IMG/VR virus record: IMGVR_UViG_3300017530_000090
Location: 1-56,818 of that record
Direction: 5' to 3' (one strand)
Source of the DNA: a virus
Lineage: Duplodnaviria; Caudoviricetes
DNA length: 56,818 nt
The position numbers were made by a program, and so were the translations under genes. The notes beneath the pieces were generated by a model that saw only the letters and a program-made list of their open reading frames with translations, was not told the origin of the DNA and did not search any database. Numbering within the stretch: position 1 is the stretch's first letter; every line of letters begins with the position of its first letter. Below are positions 8,406-16,613 of the stretch, in pieces.

Positions 8406-8434
8406 TTCACGAAAATCCGATAGGAGGTACGACA

Positions 8435-8962
8435 ATGCTACACAGGAAACTCGAACCCACAACCAAGCAGTTTAGCGCCGCCGCCCGGCGACTGCTGAAC
8501 GGGTACGCCGAGGACATCTCCTTGGCCAAGCTCCATGCCGATGTCGCCGATAGTACGCGCCGCGAGGTACGAGACGCGCTCATCGATCTGTTCGACGATC
8601 CGGGCAGTGCGGCCTACCATGTAGATGACGGCCCGCACAAGGGACGCCTGCTGTGTCTCGACCTGGCCATTCGCTACGAGCCGGACATGAACAAGCTACG
8701 GACGGTGCTGGGCGACCGCTTGGCCACCGTGACCGTAACCGAGCCGGTGTTCAAGCGGGAGAAGGCCGAGGCCGCGATCACAGCGGGCATCGTGACCGAG
8801 GCGGAGCTTGTAGCTTGCGTAGCCGCAGTCCCCAGGATTGCCGTCGTCCTACGAGACGCGGGCGATAGTAGGACTCCGAAAGGCATCGAACCAGGCAAAG
8901 CCCGTGTGACCCCGATCCAACTGGTAAAGCCCCTCAAGCTCAGCGGGATGCCAAAGGCATGA
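8435..8962 (+). CDS. hypothetical protein
   Basis: AGGAGGT RBS before ATG at 8435. Confidence 0.8.
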   Translation: MLHRKLEPTTKQFSAAARRLLNGYAEDISLAKLHADVADSTRREVRDALIDLFDDPGSAAYHVDDGPHKGRLLCLDLAIRYEPDMNKLRTVLGDRLATVTVTEPVFKREKAEAAITAGIVTEAELVACVAAVPRIAVVLRDAGDSRTPKGIEPGKARVTPIQLVKPLKLSGMPKA

Positions 8963-9252
8963 GCCAATACCGATGGGACGACGAACGGGGAATGGCGTCC
9001 ATCAACCGTAGCCCAGACACCCGCGACCTCCCGACTGCCGACGAGTTAAAGCGGTGGCTGACAGAGGGCGCAATGCCCTACACCCAGGAGCCGGATCGCT
9101 GTCCGGCCTGCGGACGGGCGGAACAATGCGAGTGCCCGGACTGCCGGTTCTGCGACGGCGGCATTCCATGCCCTGATCTGTGGAGTCCGACGGAGCAAAA
9201 GCGCTGGGGCGTGGGGCCATATCAACCGAATGATCCAACGGGGACAGAGTGA
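8959..9252 (+). CDS. Cys-rich hypothetical protein
   Basis: ATGA coupling; CPAC..CECPDCRFC. Confidence 0.6.
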   Translation: MSQYRWDDERGMASINRSPDTRDLPTADELKRWLTEGAMPYTQEPDRCPACGRAEQCECPDCRFCDGGIPCPDLWSPTEQKRWGVGPYQPNDPTGTE

Positions 9253-9407
9253 TGCCTTCACAGCGGGCCTGGCCATCTTTTTCATCCGAGGCATATGAGG
9301 GCAAGCATGGCAAACGCTTGGATATGGCTCGTGATCTTCTTCGTGGCTATGGTCATCGCCGTGGGTGGGCAGATCGCGCTTTATACTTACCTGGGAGGGA
9401 TGTGGCC

Positions 9408-9611
9408 ATGAGCAATCTACCGGCGACTTGCCCGCGATGCGCGGGCGCCATGATGCCAACCCAGCACGACCTCTATGGAGAGTACCGTGAGTGCCTGTCG
9501 TGTGGCTATCACGCCGACCGACTGGTGGAGCCGCACATTGACCAGACGCCCAAGCGGATTGGCGGACGGGTCGGCGTGCGCCCGAAGCGCAAGCGAGCAC
9601 CAGGAGGATAG
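9408..9611 (+). CDS. small zinc-ribbon protein
   Basis: GGAGG RBS; CPRC...DLYGEYRECLSCG. Confidence 0.7.
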   Translation: MSNLPATCPRCAGAMMPTQHDLYGEYRECLSCGYHADRLVEPHIDQTPKRIGGRVGVRPKRKRAPGG

Positions 9612-9616
9612 AAGCT

Positions 9617-9742
9617 ATGATGCGGGCAGAGGAGCGGTTCTGGGCCAAGGTGCGGAAGAGTTGCGATCCTAACGGGTGCCGAACCTGCCGAAGCAAACGC
9701 GACCGGGAACGCGCCCGCGCCCGACAAGTGGAGGTCGCCTGA
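9617..9742 (+). pseudogene. HNH mini-gene with in-frame internal deletion (41 aa)
   Basis: MMRAEERFWAKVRKSCDPNGC joined directly to RTCRSKRDRERARAR; AGGAGG RBS; TGATG-coupled to the Fic gene. Confidence 0.75.
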
Positions 9743-10311
9743 TGTACTCGAACGAACTTCTGTGCGAAGCCACACAACAAAGCCAGTTAATTGAGCAGGA
9801 GCCAGTGCGGGGGAAATCTTTTACAAATCACTGGCGTGCGACGCTGCTCTGCCGGACGGCGGCGGAGCAAGGGCAACTACTCCACCCCCGTGTGATTCAA
9901 CAAGTCCTCTCCGAAGGGCTATCGCTGCCGCCAGGCCACCAGCCAGGAGACTATCGGCGCATACGTGTCTATGTCAATACCGCCGATGGCCCACATCATT
10001 TCCCTCCACCGGAGCAGGTAGTTGGACTGATGCAAATGTGGTGGGGCAAGATTCAAGAAGCGTTGCTGCGTGGCGATCCCGATCTGCGGCAAGAGCGCGT
10101 TCGTTGGGCCTTCCATGCCTGGTTCGAGTCGCTGCATCCATATCCTGATTTCAACGGCAGGGTGGGGCGCTGTACATTATGGGGGACAGATATGCTGGCG
10201 GCACGGGAGCTTACTACTATCACCTTTGAGGCCAGGCATCAATACTATCAACGTCTCGGAGATTGGCGGGCGGAGAACCCGGATTGGAAGCAAGGACAAA
10301 TCAGGTGGTGA
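9742..10311 (+). CDS. Fic/Doc family protein
   Basis: HPYPDFNGRVGR resembles the Fic motif HPFxDGNGRxxR; PGDYR motif upstream. Confidence 0.88.
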   Translation: MYSNELLCEATQQSQLIEQEPVRGKSFTNHWRATLLCRTAAEQGQLLHPRVIQQVLSEGLSLPPGHQPGDYRRIRVYVNTADGPHHFPPPEQVVGLMQMWWGKIQEALLRGDPDLRQERVRWAFHAWFESLHPYPDFNGRVGRCTLWGTDMLAARELTTITFEARHQYYQRLGDWRAENPDWKQGQIRW

Positions 10312-10355
10312 AGTGCCTGTAACAACCATCCCTAATCAGCGTTTAGGCAGGTGAG

Positions 10356-10559
10356 ATGGCACGCAAACTATATGAGGTCAAGACTAGCGTGGTGAGGCGC
10401 ATCACGGTATGCCACCACGTATTCGCCGACAGCAGCACCGAGGCAATACATCTCGTCTTCACAGGCCGGGGCGAACGCATCGGGCGCGCCGAAGAGAGAT
10501 GGGTTGAGAAGCCCAGCCATAATGCGCGTCTGGTGCGGCCCATCCAGGAGGAGGAATAA
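10356..10559 (+). CDS. hypothetical protein
   Basis: AGGTGAG RBS. Confidence 0.65.
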   Translation: MARKLYEVKTSVVRRITVCHHVFADSSTEAIHLVFTGRGERIGRAEERWVEKPSHNARLVRPIQEEE

Positions 10560-10587
10560 TGGGTTGGCTCCTAACTGACGGCCTGGC

Positions 10588-10683
10588 TTCAACGAAGAAA
10601 ACACTTACCGAGGAAGGAAGGGCTGGCGTTATTGTCGAAGGTGTGGAGCGGATAGCAAGCGGCGGGCACGTGCGAGAGGATAG
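10588..10683 (+). pseudogene. HNH C-terminal zinc-finger remnant
   Basis: FNEENTYRGRKGWRYCRRCGADSKRRARARG* with no start codon; same pattern as the tail of the intact HNH at 47591. Confidence 0.6.
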
Positions 10684-10691
10684 GAGCTAGC

Positions 10692-10913
10692 ATGAGCGAG
10701 CAACATCCGGCAGGGGAGGTTCACTCCTGGACGGCCACAGCCGATCGCCGGTGGTTCGCACGGTGTGATCTATGCCGTGTCCGGCGGCTGGTAGCCGACT
10801 ACTTCGAGGGCTACCTGCACCACAACAGCCAGGACGTGTGGCTATGGGCGTGCTCTGGCTGCTTGGTAAATGAGATTAGCGACCGGCTAGACCGAGAGAA
10901 GGAGACATCATGA
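10692..10913 (+). CDS. hypothetical protein with two CxxC motifs
   Basis: AGGAG RBS; CDLC, CSGC. Confidence 0.65.
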   Translation: MSEQHPAGEVHSWTATADRRWFARCDLCRVRRLVADYFEGYLHHNSQDVWLWACSGCLVNEISDRLDREKETS

Positions 10914-11149
10914 GCCAAAACTTATTGAACAGGTGTATTCTTGAACTCCAACGCGTTGGGGTGCGGATCACAACGGAGCGTGACACGGTGACGTGCGTGT
11001 TCCCGCCTGATCCAAACGACCTTCACGCTGCGCCGGACGGCGAGGAGCGGGCGTACTCCGAGCTATACTTCACGATGCTCGTGACCCGCACGTTCTTCGA
11101 CCTCGCGGAGCGTGGCATCATCGACGCGGAGACAGGCGAGGCCGTATGA
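10910..11149 (+). CDS. hypothetical protein
   Basis: AAGGAG RBS, ATGA coupling. Confidence 0.7.
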   Translation: MSQNLLNRCILELQRVGVRITTERDTVTCVFPPDPNDLHAAPDGEERAYSELYFTMLVTRTFFDLAERGIIDAETGEAV

Positions 11150-11335
11150 GGGCGCTTACCGCAGCCGAAATTCACGGCCTGGCCCGCGAGGTCTCCGCCC
11201 GACCCCGTTATACCTACTACCTGCGCCGGAGCACGTGGCGGGCGCCGAGGCTGCTGAGCAGGGCGCACTGCCATGTCCGCACATGATCGCGCTCAACCTG
11301 GACTTCCGGGTGCGCGTACAGCAGGCTGGGATTAG

Positions 11336-11632
11336 TTAGCGGACAATGTCACCGGCCACCGGACGGTTGGCCGTTACCGCGCGCAGGCCCATCTCGACCA
11401 ACACGGCCTGCGTCGCGTCGTAGAAGACGTCCATGTCCTCCACAGCCAGGCTTGGAAGCGGCCTGGCCTCGGCGTCCAAGAACATCACGTGATAGGAGAT
11501 GGGCGCGCCGCCCTCGGTCTGCCGTTCGAGGATCATGACGTAGCCGAGAATGGTGCGGACGCCCGGTGGCTCGTTGAGATCAACTACCGGCCATCTCCAC
11601 TCGCTCGTGCGGGCCTGAAAGCCACTAGTCAT
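11336..11632 (-). CDS. hypothetical protein, last gene of the leftward block
   Basis: Protein-like ORF at the point where the two transcription blocks converge. Confidence 0.6.
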   Translation of the reverse strand: MTSGFQARTSEWRWPVVDLNEPPGVRTILGYVMILERQTEGGAPISYHVMFLDAEARPLPSLAVEDMDVFYDATQAVLVEMGLRAVTANRPVAGDIVR

Positions 11633-11677
11633 TGTCGTCACACACGCCAAAGCGCCTGAATCGTTCGAGCGATGCCC

Positions 11678-11911
11678 TCATGGAAGCATCCGATCAGGGA
11701 TTTGCTTCGCCGAAGTTTCCAGACGTTTCATCATTACAACCATTGGCGCACGAGTCGGCACCTCTAGCCGACGGGCCTCACTGTTGCAGGTGGGGCAGCG
11801 AATGCAGGCTGAGTCCCGCTCCGCCATCAGGAGCCGGGCCTCGAACGTCTCGCCATCACGCGAGCACTGACTGCTCAGGCATCTAAAATCGTAGGTCGGA
11901 ATCGCAATCAC
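11678..11911 (-). CDS. FmdB-family zinc-ribbon protein
   Basis: (I)PTYDFRC...C...FE...CPTC...RR pattern. Confidence 0.7.
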   Translation of the reverse strand: MIAIPTYDFRCLSSQCSRDGETFEARLLMAERDSACIRCPTCNSEARRLEVPTRAPMVVMMKRLETSAKQIPDRMLP

Positions 11912-12345
11912 CCCTTTCGGCCCCAACGGGCGAGTGCGGCCCTTCGGGATTGTTCAGATCGTTGTTCAGGTGTCATTCGGCCAAACCGACCGCCCGCCGC
12001 ATAGAACTCGGCCATCGCCGCCTGACGCCGGACTACTTGTTGTGACGACTGCTTGCGGCCCTTGTGTGTCCGCGACTTTAGCGCGCGGGCTTCGGGTGTA
12101 TTCTGAGCCGCCGACATCCTCGCCCGCGTCACAGCGTTTCGACGGCGACCAAGATGGTGATGACGCTGATGCGCGGTCGTAGTCATCAGCTTCAGGTTCT
12201 CCAGCCGATTATCGGTGATGTCACCGTTCCGATGATGAATCACATGGTCATCCGGGACGGAACGGCCGTTGGCCTCTTCCCATACCAATCGATGCTCTCG
12301 AACACCATTGCGGCTAGGATACGTCGCCATAACAACCCTCGGCAT
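11908..12345 (-). CDS. HNH endonuclease with NUMOD3-like basic tail
   Basis: EHRLVWE...IHHRNGDITDNRLENL...H...H; TRARMSAAQ. Confidence 0.88.
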   Translation of the reverse strand: MPRVVMATYPSRNGVREHRLVWEEANGRSVPDDHVIHHRNGDITDNRLENLKLMTTTAHQRHHHLGRRRNAVTRARMSAAQNTPEARALKSRTHKGRKQSSQQVVRRQAAMAEFYAAGGRFGRMTPEQRSEQSRRAALARWGRKG

Positions 12346-12778
12346 GGGCCGCCGTTGGCGCTAGCGCTACGGAACAGCCCGGACACTCCTTGTACTCCGC
12401 CTTCGCACAAGTGCAGATGATCGCCAACTCACGGCAACCCGTGCAGCGGTCGGCCATCATCGGCTCAGCCTCCAGCCCGCATTGCTTACAGGAGCGCGGC
12501 GGAATCTTGATGTCGTTGTCCGGGTGATCATCATTCGGGATAGTCAGGCCGAAATCGATCCACAGGAAAGCGAAGCTGAACTTGAACTCTGGCCCACGGG
12601 CCATGTCTTGCTCACCGGGGACTTCGGCCGTGTGCGGCGGAACGAAGTGGATGAAGAAATCGAAAGCGAAGCCGATGTACGGGTGCCAGGAACCCCAGAC
12701 ATTGACGATTCGAGACGTGCGCCAGTCGAAGGATCGGGTGTCGAACAGCAGGTGCCAGAACCATTTGAGTGCGTTCAT
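12314..12778 (-). CDS. hypothetical protein, aromatic N-terminus and Cys-rich C-terminus
   Basis: ATGA coupling; CKQC, CTGC, CPGC. Confidence 0.65.
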   Translation of the reverse strand: MNALKWFWHLLFDTRSFDWRTSRIVNVWGSWHPYIGFAFDFFIHFVPPHTAEVPGEQDMARGPEFKFSFAFLWIDFGLTIPNDDHPDNDIKIPPRSCKQCGLEAEPMMADRCTGCRELAIICTCAKAEYKECPGCSVALAPTAAHAEGCYGDVS

Positions 12779-13011
12779 GAACGGCCCCCCAGCTTACCAC
12801 GGGCCTCGGCCCATACCACGACTGCGCGGGCGTAACCGAGCTTGTTGATCTCCTGCGTCAGCCGTCCGACCTCGCGGCGACAAGCGATCAGCGCCGCCTC
12901 GGCGGTCGCCTTGCCGAACATGGCCTTATGCAACCCATCGGCAAGCTCTAGCTCGTCCGGTGTCAGGACGTGGACTTTGGGCTTGGCGGTCGACGTCTTC
13001 GTTCGGGCCAT
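12775..13011 (-). CDS. hypothetical protein
   Basis: Coupled ORF in the operon. Confidence 0.65.
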   Translation of the reverse strand: MARTKTSTAKPKVHVLTPDELELADGLHKAMFGKATAEAALIACRREVGRLTQEINKLGYARAVVVWAEARGKLGGRS

Positions 13012-13092
13012 TAGGTTCCCCCATTTCGCTTGCGGTGATTGCGGCCGCGTACCTGCTTCTCTACTACGTCCCTGTAGACCTCCCCGGTGCGC

Positions 13093-13275
13093 TTACCGTG
13101 AAGCCGCATCCTCTTGCGGGTCTTCCGGTCGCGGCGACTCCACGGTGTCCTGTCCCGCTTGTGCATGGCGACTACGCCACCAGGCGCGGAAGCCGAACCA
13201 AGTGGCAACCAAGAACAGCCCACCGGCTGCGGTGTCGATGGTGTTGAGGATGGTCAAGATGTCCTGCCAAGGCAC
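13093..13275 (-). CDS. small membrane protein (holin-like candidate)
   Basis: GAGGAGG RBS; one hydrophobic segment. Confidence 0.45.
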   Translation of the reverse strand: MPWQDILTILNTIDTAAGGLFLVATWFGFRAWWRSRHAQAGQDTVESPRPEDPQEDAASR

Positions 13276-13348
13276 GTCGATGGCCCTCCTCGGTGTCGCG
13301 GCTGGTGCTCATGACTCTCTTATTGTAGCAGCGGAAGCGGGCCTATGT

Positions 13349-13585
13349 CTAGTCCTTTTCCTCGAACGAGTGCTGGTAGCAGCCCTGTTCGGTGCACCGA
13401 TCCGTAACCGGATGCACGTTCGTCACCAGACGCGACACGAGCTTTTGTCCAACGACCTCGCCACGCTTCTTGTCGTCCACGAGCGTGCGCGCGATGTCCT
13501 TGCTGCTAGCCGCGTCAATCGCATACGTCCAATAGATGACTTCCTGCATCTCTACATGGAAGAGGGTTGGAGCAGCTTCAGCCAT
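13349..13585 (-). CDS. hypothetical protein
   Basis: GGAGG RBS. Confidence 0.7.
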   Translation of the reverse strand: MAEAAPTLFHVEMQEVIYWTYAIDAASSKDIARTLVDDKKRGEVVGQKLVSRLVTNVHPVTDRCTEQGCYQHSFEEKD

Positions 13586-13612
13586 GCTTGTATCCTCCGA
13601 TCTGCGTATCGG

Positions 13613-13771
13613 CTAGCGGGTGTGTGGAGCAGTCGCGGGTGTGGTCGTCAACGGCGCGCGGCGTGGTGATGCCGGAAGCAGGAGGGGGGCGCGATCCTTT
13701 TCTTCCTGCTTAGGCAATGTCGCGGGCGGGCGTGTTCGCACTTCGTCCGGTTGGCTGTCCGTATCGAACAT
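13613..13771 (-). CDS. small Pro/Thr-rich protein (52 aa, not in the ORF track)
   Basis: AAGGAGG RBS directly downstream of TGGTATAAT. Confidence 0.55.
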   Translation of the reverse strand: MFDTDSQPDEVRTRPPATLPKQEEKDRAPLLLPASPRRAPLTTTPATAPHTR

Positions 13772-13795
13772 TGGTTGGTTCCTCCTTCGGCCTCT

Positions 13796-13804
13796 ATTAT
13801 ACCA
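13796..13804 (-). promoter_or_regulatory. extended -10 sigma70-type promoter
   Basis: TGGTATAAT followed by RBS and ATG. Confidence 0.6.
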
Positions 13805-13806
13805 GG

Positions 13807-13998
13807 CTACGATAGTTGACGCACGCCGTTTTCGACGATCAAGGCCATGAGCGCGAGATCGCCGTCACTGTCGCCGGTGTTCTCTATAAGCTGATCGATG
13901 GCGATCTCGCGCCCGTTGGGAGCCACCCAGGTACGGGTGATGTAGTTGTACTCCCATTGATAGCTTTCAAAGAGAGTTTTTTCTTGCCGGGAATTCAT
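13807..13998 (-). CDS. hypothetical protein
   Basis: GAGGA RBS before MNSRQEK. Confidence 0.6.
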   Translation of the reverse strand: MNSRQEKTLFESYQWEYNYITRTWVAPNGREIAIDQLIENTGDSDGDLALMALIVENGVRQLS

Positions 13999-14150
13999 TT
14001 GACAAGTCCTCTGGCGGGCGCTATGATGGGGGTGCGGCACAAGGCGGGCTGACTGGTTTTCCTCCCCATCCCCCAAATAACCCCCACTGGTCGGCTCGCC
14101 GCTTCTTCTACGGTACGGCTCCCGGCCCTGCCGGTGACGCGCCCCCACTC

Positions 14151-14396
14151 CTATCGCAGGGCCAGAGCACCCAGATCACGGCTGCCGCGATCAAACTGAT
14201 TACCGCGACCAGAATCGGATCGGGCATCTCGCTCCTCTCGTTGTTGCTCTTGCTTCTCAAACTTGAGCCTGCGGCTCTTCATCTTGCGGTTTCGCCCCCG
14301 CCGATACTCAGGCGGAAGCTCGCCGATCCACAGGATAGCATCCTCGGACGTGACCTTATCGTCACGGCGCAATCTCACCCGGATAGGCAACCTCAT
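14151..14396 (-). CDS. basic hypothetical protein
   Basis: ATGA coupling to the endonuclease VII stop. Confidence 0.5.
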   Translation of the reverse strand: MRLPIRVRLRRDDKVTSEDAILWIGELPPEYRRGRNRKMKSRRLKFEKQEQQREERDARSDSGRGNQFDRGSRDLGALALR

Positions 14397-15028
14397 TGCA
14401 CGATCCCCACATACTGCGTAGCTCGTTTGGGCCAATCGAGATCACCAATTAGTTCGTCAAGCCGCACATTGCATCGAGAACAAAGGAGGCCACGAATCCG
14501 GCCCGTCTTATGATCGTGATCTACCACCAAATTAGTAATCTCACCCCGATAACGACGAGTCTCCGGCTGGCCACAGATCGCACAAACACCACCTTGCTTA
14601 CCGAACATTCGATCATAATCATCAAGGCTAAGGCCATATTGTTTGATAAGGTGCCGCCGCCGAGTACTGATACGATTCTCTTTCTGCTGGCGACTGCGCC
14701 TATCGGCACAAGACTGACAAGTCGTTAGACCAGCGCGAGGCGATTTATACCCGCATTGCATACACAGGCCCTTCACACGTTTGTCCTCTCGCCGACGACG
14801 ATATTTGTCGGTACACTGTTCACAATAAGCGCGGTTGCGCGTGGCCGACCCAACCCCACACTGCACACACAGGCCCTTCGTGCGCCTGACCTCCAGCCAA
14901 CGGCGACGCTTGTTAGTACAACGCTCGCAGTGAGTACGGTTAGGTAGGGCCAACTCAACTCCGCAACGGGCACATAGGCCCTCAGCGCGCTTGGTCTCTC
15001 GCCACTCACGGGAACGATTTCTGCTCAT
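14393..15028 (-). CDS. endonuclease VII-family (homing-type) nuclease with N-terminal CxxC repeats
   Basis: YGLSLDDY..Q.GVCAIC...VDHDHKTGRIRGLLCSRCN; three GLCxxC...CxxC repeats; AT-richer than its flanks. Confidence 0.92.
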   Translation of the reverse strand: MSRNRSREWRETKRAEGLCARCGVELALPNRTHCERCTNKRRRWLEVRRTKGLCVQCGVGSATRNRAYCEQCTDKYRRRREDKRVKGLCMQCGYKSPRAGLTTCQSCADRRSRQQKENRISTRRRHLIKQYGLSLDDYDRMFGKQGGVCAICGQPETRRYRGEITNLVVDHDHKTGRIRGLLCSRCNVRLDELIGDLDWPKRATQYVGIVQ

Positions 15029-15034
15029 GCAATC

Positions 15035-15063
15035 ATTCTACCGCATCCTTGGTTTTTTGTCAA
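15035..15063 (-). promoter_or_regulatory. consensus sigma70 promoter, leaderless, for the endonuclease VII gene
   Basis: TTGACA-N17-TAGAAT, then 6 nt, then ATG. Confidence 0.8.
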
Positions 15064-15748
15064 AAAACATATAACAACAGGCCGCGCGTTTAGCATCACA
15101 ACAATCACCCAGCTTATGAGCAATCCGTCCAACAGGCCGAAAACTGCGCCGATGATGTGGCGAGAGTCCATACTTCTCCATTGCGGCCTTGTGGTCTAGG
15201 GAGCCGTAGGCGGCGTTGTGTTCCCAACCGTACATCGGAAAATCCTTGGCCAACTCGACCATGTGCAGGTCGCGGTCGACCTTGGCGATGATGGATGCGG
15301 CGGAGATGGAAGGGATGAGCGTATCGCCGTAACGGATGAATCGAACGGGCAGATCGCGTAGCTCGATGTCGAAGGCGTCACCGTCGATGGCCACGGCCGG
15401 GATAGGCACACGCTTGCGCTTGAGACCGGCGACTGCGCGTTCGATAGCCTTGGCGTGGGCGGCGCGGATACCAAGTCCATCAATCTCCGTAACCTCAGCG
15501 CGGCCGATGGCCCACTTGCATTCTTCCTTAATGCGTTTGGCGAGGAAGGTGCGCTTGCGCGGCCCAATCGCTTTCGAGTCGCCTAGCTGGTCGACCTCCG
15601 GCCAATCGTAGTTGGTGATGACGACGGCGGCAGCGAAGATGGGGCCTGCGAAGCAGCCGAGGCCAACCTCATCAACCCCGACGTAGGCTCCGAATTCTTT
15701 CTCAAGATGGGAAGTCAGCCACAGGGAGACGCCCCGCTTTTCACTCAT
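15038..15748 (-). CDS. rnhB: ribonuclease HII
   Basis: GVDEVG.G..AGP, DSK, IDG, ISAASIIAKVDRD, HRRSF. Confidence 0.95.
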   Translation of the reverse strand: MSEKRGVSLWLTSHLEKEFGAYVGVDEVGLGCFAGPIFAAAVVITNYDWPEVDQLGDSKAIGPRKRTFLAKRIKEECKWAIGRAEVTEIDGLGIRAAHAKAIERAVAGLKRKRVPIPAVAIDGDAFDIELRDLPVRFIRYGDTLIPSISAASIIAKVDRDLHMVELAKDFPMYGWEHNAAYGSLDHKAAMEKYGLSPHHRRSFRPVGRIAHKLGDCCDAKRAACCYMFFDKKPRMR

Positions 15749-15751
15749 GCA

Positions 15752-16150
15752 CTAATTCTCGTCCCTTCGACGATATTCCCGAATGGTGTGGCAGTTAGCA
15801 CACACCAAATCACACCTATCTAACTCAGTCTGTAGTCGGGCCTTACTGATTCTGGTAATGGAGATGGTATTCGGAACGCCGCGCTCTTGAGTATGATCGA
15901 ATTGGGCAACCTCTGGATGCTCAGCGAATCCGTAACCACAATCGACACAGGAGCCTCCCTTATACTCAACGGCCCAAACTTTTTGTCGGCGTCGCCATCT
16001 CCGTCTCGCTTCACGCCGGGATGATCGTTGAATAGGCGTTAGGTTTCGATCCTTCTCCCGTACACATTCGCGGCATTCTCTACTAGACGTTCTCCCGACA
16101 TTGGCGATGATATGGCCCCGCAAACAGCGCCGCTTTCTAGTCGGGGCCAT
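15752..16150 (-). CDS. HNH-type endonuclease (CANCH subgroup)
   Basis: YKGGSCVDC...FDH...CDLVCANCH. Confidence 0.85.
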   Translation of the reverse strand: MAPTRKRRCLRGHIIANVGRTSSRECRECVREKDRNLTPIQRSSRREARRRWRRRQKVWAVEYKGGSCVDCGYGFAEHPEVAQFDHTQERGVPNTISITRISKARLQTELDRCDLVCANCHTIREYRRRDEN

Positions 16151-16349
16151 CAGTCAACCCCAACAGCTTTTCGCCCCGCCGCCATGCGAAGTGGGCTTCG
16201 AGCATAGCGAAGGAAGCAAGAATATAAGCAACACCAACACGCCACCATTGCCGCCGCTCTAGCGCCCAGACGAAGTGCTCTTGGGCCATACCGAGCGTCA
16301 CGGCCGCTGCTAAGAAGCTGAACGCTGCCCGGACAATATCTTCACGCAT
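16137..16349 (-). CDS. small two-TM membrane protein
   Basis: GGAGGT RBS; two hydrophobic segments. Confidence 0.6.
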   Translation of the reverse strand: MREDIVRAAFSFLAAAVTLGMAQEHFVWALERRQWWRVGVAYILASFAMLEAHFAWRRGEKLLGLTDGPD

Positions 16350-16385
16350 CGAGGACCTCCAGCCCCATTATACCGTGTCAGACGA

Positions 16386-16598
16386 CTACTCGCTTTCCCC
16401 GCCGCCCGCAGTGAACGAGCGCTTGTGTGGTGCGCTCACCCGAACCGGAGCGATGTACTCGTCATTGGCGAAGGTGATCCCGCCTGCGAGATCGACTTCG
16501 ACGCGCGCATCCTTGGCCGTATCGGCGAAGAAATCGTTGATGGTGCGCTCCAAGCCATCAAGTGATGACGCCCGGAGCAACTTGATCATGGATGCCAT
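16386..16598 (-). CDS. hypothetical protein
   Basis: AGGAGGT upstream; protein-like. Confidence 0.65.
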   Translation of the reverse strand: MASMIKLLRASSLDGLERTINDFFADTAKDARVEVDLAGGITFANDEYIAPVRVSAPHKRSFTAGGGESE

Positions 16599-16613
16599 TT
16601 TGCACTCTACCTC

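Noticed and set aside
13605-13631. Additional sigma28-like promoter (GCCGATAC upstream of gene 13585)
   Set aside because: The -10 matches but there is no TAAA/TTCA at 15-nt spacing
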